In this document: piece by piece, positions 58,306-64,000 of the stretch
Position numbering within the stretch: position 1 is the first letter of the stretch
How the letters are laid out: each line of letters starts with the position of its first letter
From: Limnochordia bacterium
GTDB lineage: Bacteria; Bacillota; Limnochordia; DTU080
Reading direction: 5' to 3'
Length of the DNA stretch: 64,000 bases
Assembly (NCBI GenBank): GCA_050951545.1
Contig: JBMNJG010000007.1
Location: 224,001 to 288,000, forward strand
The notes under the pieces: model-generated
Databases searched by the model: none
The model's input: the letters and a program-made list of their open reading frames with translations, nothing else
What the model was told of the DNA's origin: nothing
Made by a program: the position numbers and the translations under genes

Positions 58306-58824
58306 CTAACAGAATGGGCGTGCTGCATCGACCCGCAGGATGGTTTCTCGCCCTACCACAACACAGGTCTTTACGACTACCTTGAGTATCAGGTGGAGTC
58401 TGAAAGTGCACATATCACCGTTCAGCAGTTGGATGGGCGACAGACTGAAACCCTCAACCTGGAAGTCGTGCTTCTGCAGCACGTCGCCCGGCTCTGCACC
58501 GGGACACTCCAGCACAGACTGGAATGGTATCTCCAGAAGCTGAATCACCACCTGGCCATCAGCCAGCAGTCTCACGGGGACAACACCTTGGTTGATCGCC
58601 TTGCCAGGCAAGATCGTCACGGTTCGCGTCTGGGGACTGCCGGCCAACTCTAGAGTCACCTTCTGCTTGAGCTGACCGCTCTTGGTGTCAAAGATGATGC
58701 CGGGAGGCGCGGGAATGGTGAGATCACCGATCTCCTGTACCGTTTCCCGGCACACGACTGCGAGGACTTTCACCTCTTCCTTCTGCTCCGGTGCACTTGC
58801 GATAGAAACACGGTCGGTTGTCAC
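58306..58824 (-). CDS. Putative spore coat protein (SPOCS/DUF3794-like)
   Basis: K.INQG.V...IPFQ....CPGAEPGD..Q...LILKVV....VV.RE. sigK-like promoter upstream. GGAGG RBS favours GTG at 58824. Confidence 0.5.
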   Translation of the reverse strand: MTTDRVSIASAPEQKEEVKVLAVVCRETVQEIGDLTIPAPPGIIFDTKSGQLKQKVTLELAGSPQTRTVTILPGKAINQGVVPVRLLADGQVVIQLLEIPFQSVLECPGAEPGDVLQKHDFQVEGFSLSPIQLLNGDMCTFRLHLILKVVVKTCVVVGRETILRVDAARPFC

Positions 58825-58858
58825 AGTGGAGGACACCTCCCAAGCTGCGTTCGAGTCC

Positions 58859-58887
58859 AGGATATGAGTCCTAAGAGTGAGGGGTGA
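58859..58887 (-). promoter_or_regulatory. sigK-type promoter
   Basis: TCACC-N16-CATATCCT matches the B. subtilis sigK consensus CACM-N16-CATANNNT. Confidence 0.55.
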
Positions 58888-59072
58888 TAGGAGTGGATTC
58901 CCGAGATAGTCGCCGACTTGGGCAAGGCAATAGCGGTGCCAGACAGGACAGGCGCCTTGCGGGGCGGATAGGATGAATCTGTGGGCGGACGAACCACGCT
59001 CACAGGTCGAGGCAAAGCGACAGATGAGGAGGGAGTCGTCCGACTTGCATGAGCCTCTGTGAGGGGTGCACG

Positions 59073-59149
59073 AAAAGAGGGCTACCGAGAGGTACTCCCC
59101 GTCAGGAGAGTTTTCGATTCCTGCCAGAGGAATCGCTATCGGTGCCCTC
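59073..59149 (-). ncRNA. Candidate structured small RNA (three-way junction)
   Basis: P1 GAGGGC-ACCGA/TCGGT-A-GCCCTC followed by TTTT, P2 CGATTCCT/AGGAATCG, P3 ACTCTCC/GGGGAGT. The G-U pair in P3 works only on the minus strand. Confidence 0.45.
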
Positions 59150-59155
59150 AGTGAG

Positions 59156-59184
59156 ATCCTATCCAGGTTGACAGTATCTTATAC
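59156..59184 (-). promoter_or_regulatory. sigF/sigG-type promoter candidate
   Basis: GTATA-N15-GGATAGGAT versus sigF consensus GYATA-N15-GGnnAnAHT. Confidence 0.45.
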
Positions 59185-59258
59185 CTGAGTGATCGTGCTT
59201 GCGGCGACATTCTGGTGTCTTGCTGCTGTGAGCGAACGCTCACTGATCAATCATGACC

Positions 59259-60557
59259 TCAGCCGTTGCGTTCGTTCATCGCGGAGACGACACGTTCTAG
59301 GGCGATCTCGTAGGCCGCGGCCCGTAGGTCACCGTTCTTTTGGCGGTCCCAGACAGCATCAAACGCCCGCAACATGGATTCTCGTATGGCCTGCCGTGTG
59401 CGCTCCAGGCTCCATTCCGATCCGGTGGTATTGGCTAGCCATTCAATATACGAACCATAGACTCCACCAGCATTGGCCAGGATGTCTGGGACCACGGTGA
59501 TCCCGCGCGAGACCAGTAGATCTTGCGCATCGAGAGTAGTCGGGCCGTTCGCCCCTTCCACAATCGCAGTTGCTTGCGTAGTTTGGGCCACTTCCAGGGT
59601 AATCTCGTTTTCCAGAGCGGCTGGGATCAACACATCGACCGGCAGCCGCAACAGCGTGTGGTTGTCGATACGCTCAAGGCCTGGGGCGTTATAGGTGTCG
59701 AGCAGGGCCCCAGGATTCTGACTGAAATGCAGCTCAATGTCGGCAATATCAAGACCTTGGGTGTGATAGACACCACCGGAAATGTCACTGAGAGCGACGA
59801 TACGGCACCCTTGTTCGGCGAGAACGAGGGTGGTCTGACGACCTACATTGCCGTAGCCTTGAATGGCGATGCTCGCTGTCAAAGGGTCCTTTCCAAGACG
59901 GGCAAGAAGCTCAAGCACTACGGTACCCAGACCCCGTCCGGTAGCCTCCTTGCGGCCGACATTTCCGCCGCTCTCTGTTGGCTTGCCAGTGACGATCCCC
60001 GGAACTGGCCGCATCAGAATCCGTCCAGCCTCATCCGCCAGCCAGGCCATCTCTCTCTCCGACGTGTTCATGTCTGGCGCAGGGATGTCGAGATACTCTC
60101 CGATGTTTGGCAGCAAACGCCGCGTAAACTCCCGGGTCAGACGCTCAAGCTCCCCTTGGCTAAGCCGTGCAGGGTTAACTTGAATGCCGCCTTTGGCACC
60201 GCCAAAGGGTATGTCGAGCACGGCACATTTCCAGGTCATCAAAGCCGCGAGTGCCTCGATTTCCACCAAGTCGACGCGTGGGTGAAAGCGGAGGCCGCCC
60301 TTGTAGGGTCCTCTAGCGTTGGAGTGTTGCACTCTGTAACCCCAGAAATGCTCCCAACATCCGGAGTCCATTTTCACCGGGAGGGAGACGACTATCTGGC
60401 GGTCGCAATGGCGCAGACGCTCAGCAACAGACTCATCGATGCCCAATGCCGCTGCCGCTCGTTCAAACTGGCGTTGCGTGGTGACCAACAGCGTGGAACC
60501 TCCGGGCATCGCCGATCCACCGCTGAGTGAACTCGTTCGTGTTGCATCTATGACCAT
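59259..60557 (-). CDS. gdhA: Glu/Leu/Phe/Val dehydrogenase (glutamate dehydrogenase)
   Basis: Motifs GPYKGGLRFHP, MTWKCA, FGGAKGG, DIPAPD, TGKP, EATG.G, QGYGNVG, EGANGP, PDILANAGGV. Confidence 0.9.
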   Translation of the reverse strand: MVIDATRTSSLSGGSAMPGGSTLLVTTQRQFERAAAALGIDESVAERLRHCDRQIVVSLPVKMDSGCWEHFWGYRVQHSNARGPYKGGLRFHPRVDLVEIEALAALMTWKCAVLDIPFGGAKGGIQVNPARLSQGELERLTREFTRRLLPNIGEYLDIPAPDMNTSEREMAWLADEAGRILMRPVPGIVTGKPTESGGNVGRKEATGRGLGTVVLELLARLGKDPLTASIAIQGYGNVGRQTTLVLAEQGCRIVALSDISGGVYHTQGLDIADIELHFSQNPGALLDTYNAPGLERIDNHTLLRLPVDVLIPAALENEITLEVAQTTQATAIVEGANGPTTLDAQDLLVSRGITVVPDILANAGGVYGSYIEWLANTTGSEWSLERTRQAIRESMLRAFDAVWDRQKNGDLRAAAYEIALERVVSAMNERNG

Positions 60558-60899
60558 GGCCTTAAACCCCCTACAAGCCAAAGTATATTAGCCATTAATG
60601 CATAGAAACCTTGTGCCTGTGACCGTGTACACAGTATGCATGCATATGACCCCAGACTGTGGTGCGTGTTGCGGTCCCTTCTGCCGATGGGGTTGATAGC
60701 AGTTCTGTGATGTATCATTTGCCATAGGGGGTATGAAGTTGCGCTATTGCTGACGGAGATCTTAGGCCGTCGACATGGCCCGCATAGTGCAACACGATCC
60801 ACTAGCGAGCCGATGGGCGACCGACCCGACGGGCGGCGGCCCGCAACGAGTTGCGAAAACGAGGGGCACTCATGTCGATGCTGAAGCGTAGAAGGACTG

Positions 60900-61382
60900 T
60901 CAAAGGAGGAGAAGACCTACACTGAGTGCCGTTATGATGACACCAGCGATCACTACGCCGGCAACGATCGACGGCAAAGCCAGATGCGGTGAGATGCGGA
61001 AGAGGACAGCCGCCAAGGAGGCACTCCAAGCCCCCGTGCCTGGTAGAGGAATGACGGTAAAGAGCATGAGTCCTATGGCCCCCAGCTTCTCAACTCTCTC
61101 ACTTCGCTTCAGGGTGCGGTTGATGCACCAGTCGAGTCCGCGGCCGAGCCAAGAGGTCCGAGACAGGCACTCCATCAGTCTTGGAAGCAGAGTCAGCAAT
61201 ATAGGGACAGGAGCGATGTTGCCTAACACCGCATAGAAGAATACCTCCCACGGTCGCAGACCCAGAGAGATTCCCAGGGGTATGGCCGCTCGCAGTTCAG
61301 TTACTGGCAGTGCCCCAGCCAGGAACACGCCCGTATGAGGTGAGAAAGTCTCCCGTAGGAAGTCGACGACGACCTCGATCAT
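60900..61382 (-). CDS. Putative small multi-drug export membrane protein (COG2426)
   Basis: Motifs LPVTELRAAIP.G, GN..P, F..IPLPGTGAW. Confidence 0.85.
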   Translation of the reverse strand: MIEVVVDFLRETFSPHTGVFLAGALPVTELRAAIPLGISLGLRPWEVFFYAVLGNIAPVPILLTLLPRLMECLSRTSWLGRGLDWCINRTLKRSERVEKLGAIGLMLFTVIPLPGTGAWSASLAAVLFRISPHLALPSIVAGVVIAGVIITALSVGLLLL

Positions 61383-61578
61383 GAACCAACCCGTCCTTGC
61401 CGCATAGTTGAAGACCTTTGGTACTTCCGTCCATACTCTATGGCGTCCTGCATATGAACAGACTATGCCGACCGAGATACATCGTCAAGAGTAAACGACT
61501 GAGCGTCTTTGCCTCGGACCTCGCGCTGTGAGGGTTCCACGGGAGCCACTCATTGACCCACCTGGAACGCGTCGTCGT

Positions 61579-62787
61579 TTACAGCATGCCCAGCTCTTCA
61601 AGGGCAGTTCGGACCATCGCCTCATGCTGCCTAATACGCAGCGATAGGGTCTGCTTCTTGCAGGTCTCAAGGGTCATGCCTGAGGCCCCCAAGAATTGGC
61701 CTGCGGCCCGAGCCAGGCTGCCAGAAATCGGATTGTGGAGATGCGAGAACTCGTGGTTCGAGCTACTCACCAGTTGGTTGGCTGCCCTGATCATCGCATT
61801 GACCACTTTGTTGCGCTCCGTATGCTGTGAGGCGGTACCTGCGTAATGGATGATGGATTGACCGACCGAACTCTTGTTAATCTTGTGGTACGAGTATCCT
61901 TCATGTAGATCCATGACCCATGTGGCCTTTTCATCTTTGACAAGCGCCCAGATAGCTCGTGAGAGACGATCGGTGGCTGACCCCCCGGCTGTCTGGGGGT
62001 AACACCGGTTCGGGTCTCGCGGGTACGCTCCAGTGCGTTGATTTGCCTGCAGACCGAGACGGTTCACTTCAGGAATGACGATAAGCGTGCCCTGACGTAC
62101 CGAGTAGGTAGTGAAGCCCCACGCAGCGAGCGATCCTGCTGGCTCGTTACCGTGCATGCCGCCTGTGATCACCACGACAGGACCAGGAAGGCCACTGCGG
62201 ATGACGTAGTAAGGGGTCTTGTAGCCGTTGTCGCCCACCAATAGGTCAGTTGGGGCCAGCCTCTTCGACTTATCCCAGGCGGTCCATGGTTCCTGCGGTT
62301 CTTCAGGTTCCTGCGGTTCTTCAGGTTCCTGCGGTTCTTCAGGTTCCTGCGGTTCCTCAGGTTCCTGCGGTTCCTCAGGTTCCTGCGGTTCCTCAGGTTC
62401 CTGCGGTTCGCCAGGTTCCTGCGGTTCGCCAGGCTCGCCTCCAAAGGTGAACTCCAGAGTGGCCTGTTCGTCTTGCTTGATCTGCACGGTAGCTTCTCTG
62501 CGTACCAGCGCCTCCGATGAAGCGCTGTGGAGCTGGATTTCTATGACCCAACTGCCCGTTCTCAAGCCGATGGGTATCTGGAGTTCATCTCCAGTGATCT
62601 CTTGACTACCACTCTTGGCGCTTCCATCATCTCCAGTGGCGGTCCATAGTACACTTTGAGCTTCAGGAAGGTTGGTGAGGCCTTGCAGCTTTAGCGAAGC
62701 GATGCCTTCAGGAGCTTTCCAGAGGTTCATGCAACCAGTCGCTAGAAGAGTGATGGCGAGTAGTACAGCGTAACAACGTGTTTTCAT
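61579..62787 (-). CDS. Lipoprotein with (EPEEPQ)n linker and M14-like succinylglutamate desuccinylase/aspartoacylase peptidase domain
   Basis: Lipobox LATG-C, zinc motifs GGMHGNE, D.NR, DLHEG, TLET. Confidence 0.8.
   Translation of the reverse strand: MKTRCYAVLLAITLLATGCMNLWKAPEGIASLKLQGLTNLPEAQSVLWTATGDDGSAKSGSQEITGDELQIPIGLRTGSWVIEIQLHSASSEALVRREATVQIKQDEQATLEFTFGGEPGEPQEPGEPQEPEEPQEPEEPQEPEEPQEPEEPQEPEEPQEPEEPQEPWTAWDKSKRLAPTDLLVGDNGYKTPYYVIRSGLPGPVVVITGGMHGNEPAGSLAAWGFTTYSVRQGTLIVIPEVNRLGLQANQRTGAYPRDPNRCYPQTAGGSATDRLSRAIWALVKDEKATWVMDLHEGYSYHKINKSSVGQSIIHYAGTASQHTERNKVVNAMIRAANQLVSSSNHEFSHLHNPISGSLARAAGQFLGASGMTLETCKKQTLSLRIRQHEAMVRTALEELGML
62288..62431. repeat. 18-bp tandem repeat x8 (coding VNTR)
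   Basis: GGTTCCTGCGGTTC(TT/CT/GC)CA x8, encoding the Pro/Glu linker. Confidence 0.95.
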
Positions 62788-63005
62788 TGTGCTCACCCCT
62801 TGCGGAAGGATCTAGCGGAGGCATTCAGGTAGGTTCCTGACCGCCGACAAGGGCCCATCCAAACAATGCCTCTACCCCCAGCTATTCTCAAACCTGCAGC
62901 TAGAGGCCTCCTGGGAATTGATGGGTCCGCTATAGCGAGGGAGCTGGTGTACCGGTTTTCGGTGTCAGTTACGGCGGGGAGGAGAGTTTGTGGAGCGAGC
63001 CGACA

Positions 63006-63050
63006 ACGAAAAAAAGCAGGAAGCCGGGAAAGCCGACCTGCTTTTTTCGT
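63006..63050. terminator. Intrinsic terminator (bidirectional type)
   Basis: ACGAAAAAAAGCAGG...CCTGCTTTTTTCGT, downstream of the 63074 gene. Confidence 0.75.
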
Positions 63051-63073
63051 ATGTCCAATGGGTGATACAAGGG

Positions 63074-64000
63074 CTATTTCTTGATCTTGCTCAAGCGGTA
63101 TCCAGCTGCAAACGTGGCGCCGTTGTAGCCCGGATCGTCAAGCGGGATATCATTGAGGTCGACTGATATGCCACCATGCGTCCAGGAGTAGCGGGCGGCG
63201 ATAGCTACTCGCTCAGCTTCCAGAAGGGTCTCAAGAGGTACCAGTTCTTCGGCTTCGCCGCCTAGGTAGGGCAAAACACGGCTGAGCAGTGCTTTGTAGA
63301 GGGTACGGTTTTGGGCCACGATGTGGCGGACAGAGCGCTCCGATACGACGGTAGCATAGAACGGTAGGTAAGCAGCAGCTTCGCCCACCACCAAGATCAG
63401 GCAGCGTCCGTCTTTCCATACTGCCTCTATCTGCCGCTGTCCGTGACTGCCCATGTAACGCACGCTCTGCGCCCCGGGCCCTAAGAGGGCGTGTCCCATG
63501 GCATACGCATGAGATCCGTAGTTGAACTCATCCACGCCACAGCCGACGTACACGAAGGTTGGAGTCCCTCGCTTGTCGACAGGTTCTGCCAGGAAGTCTA
63601 CCACTTCGTCACAGAAGTAGAGTGACGATCCGCCGCAGATGCGGTGACCACGCCGTTTCCATTCGATCAACTGGTTGGCATCTTGCACATTGCCTGCCAT
63701 GGGCTTGTCTATGAGCACTGCCTTATCAGCCTCGATGAATGGGCGGGCCCGCTCCACATGCAGATCCCAATTGCAGGAATGGATGATGGCCACATCGACG
63801 GCTTCAGCCATTGCTTCGAGATCTGTGAAAACGTTAGGGATATCTAGCTTGGCGGCAAACTCTGCGGCGTAGCCTTCGGGGTAAACGGTACCACCATCGT
63901 ACACCCCAACCACGGTGTGGCCGAGTTCTCGTTCAATAGGAATCCAGCCTTGCGGGTGGGATGTGTCCAGATCGACGTGGCCAATGCGTAGCGCTTTCAT
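63074..64000 (-). CDS. Gfo/Idh/MocA-like oxidoreductase (N-terminal Rossmann domain)
   Basis: RIG..DLDTSH, H.ERA.PF, IDKPMA, GSSL. The ATG falls at the window edge, so the start cannot be confirmed. Confidence 0.75.
   Translation of the reverse strand: MKALRIGHVDLDTSHPQGWIPIERELGHTVVGVYDGGTVYPEGYAAEFAAKLDIPNVFTDLEAMAEAVDVAIIHSCNWDLHVERARPFIEADKAVLIDKPMAGNVQDANQLIEWKRRGHRICGGSSLYFCDEVVDFLAEPVDKRGTPTFVYVGCGVDEFNYGSHAYAMGHALLGPGAQSVRYMGSHGQRQIEAVWKDGRCLILVVGEAAAYLPFYATVVSERSVRHIVAQNRTLYKALLSRVLPYLGGEAEELVPLETLLEAERVAIAARYSWTHGGISVDLNDIPLDDPGYNGATFAAGYRLSKIKK

Noticed and set aside
59073-59149. tRNA or known riboswitch interpretation
   Set aside because: Only two internal arms, no TTCRA T-loop or D-loop consensus, and no purine, SAM or c-di-nucleotide aptamer motifs; kept only as an unknown ncRNA candidate.
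59523-60530. 335-aa ORF antisense to gdh
   Set aside because: Shadow ORF of a GC-rich gene with no recognisable domain.
60601-61460. sigE/sigK-like CATA motifs upstream of gdh and of the COG2426 gene
   Set aside because: A -10-like CATANNNT is present but no -35 element at the correct spacing.
62288-62431. Possible CRISPR array
   Set aside because: The 18-bp units are contiguous with no spacers and encode an in-frame Pro/Glu linker; no cas genes are in the window.

Overview
This is a GC-rich (roughly 60% by eye) chromosomal window from a probably spore-forming, anaerobic Bacillota (Firmicutes) bacterium. That assignment is inferred from AddAB, rubrerythrin/desulfoferrodoxin, split SdaAB/SdaAA, Bacillus-type LexA boxes and sigH/sigK/sigF-like promoter motifs. 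I saw no rRNA, tRNA, CRISPR array, transposase or integrase. Housekeeping and stress genes are perR-rbr-dfx-addB-addA, a DtxR-family regulator with feoAB, sdaAB-sdaAA, ald and gdh. There is also a three-gene CoA-activase/DUF2229-type Fe-S system. Carbohydrate catabolism dominates: six Gfo/Idh/MocA oxidoreductases, two sugar epimerases, two heparinase II/III-like proteins, a YetA/PL26-like secreted protein, a GH20, and a ROK-led amino-sugar cluster. The most unusual locus is 34.0-36.7 kb. It holds a tandem winged-HTH plus PD-(D/E)XK-like nuclease gene behind a LexA box. An 11-bp motif brackets the gene in inverted orientation and recurs six times, and a ~230-bp tandem duplication follows in non-coding DNA. 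Two candidate structured RNAs lie at 59.07-59.15 kb and 62.81-62.93 kb. All product calls come from motif recognition by eye; no database searches were run.
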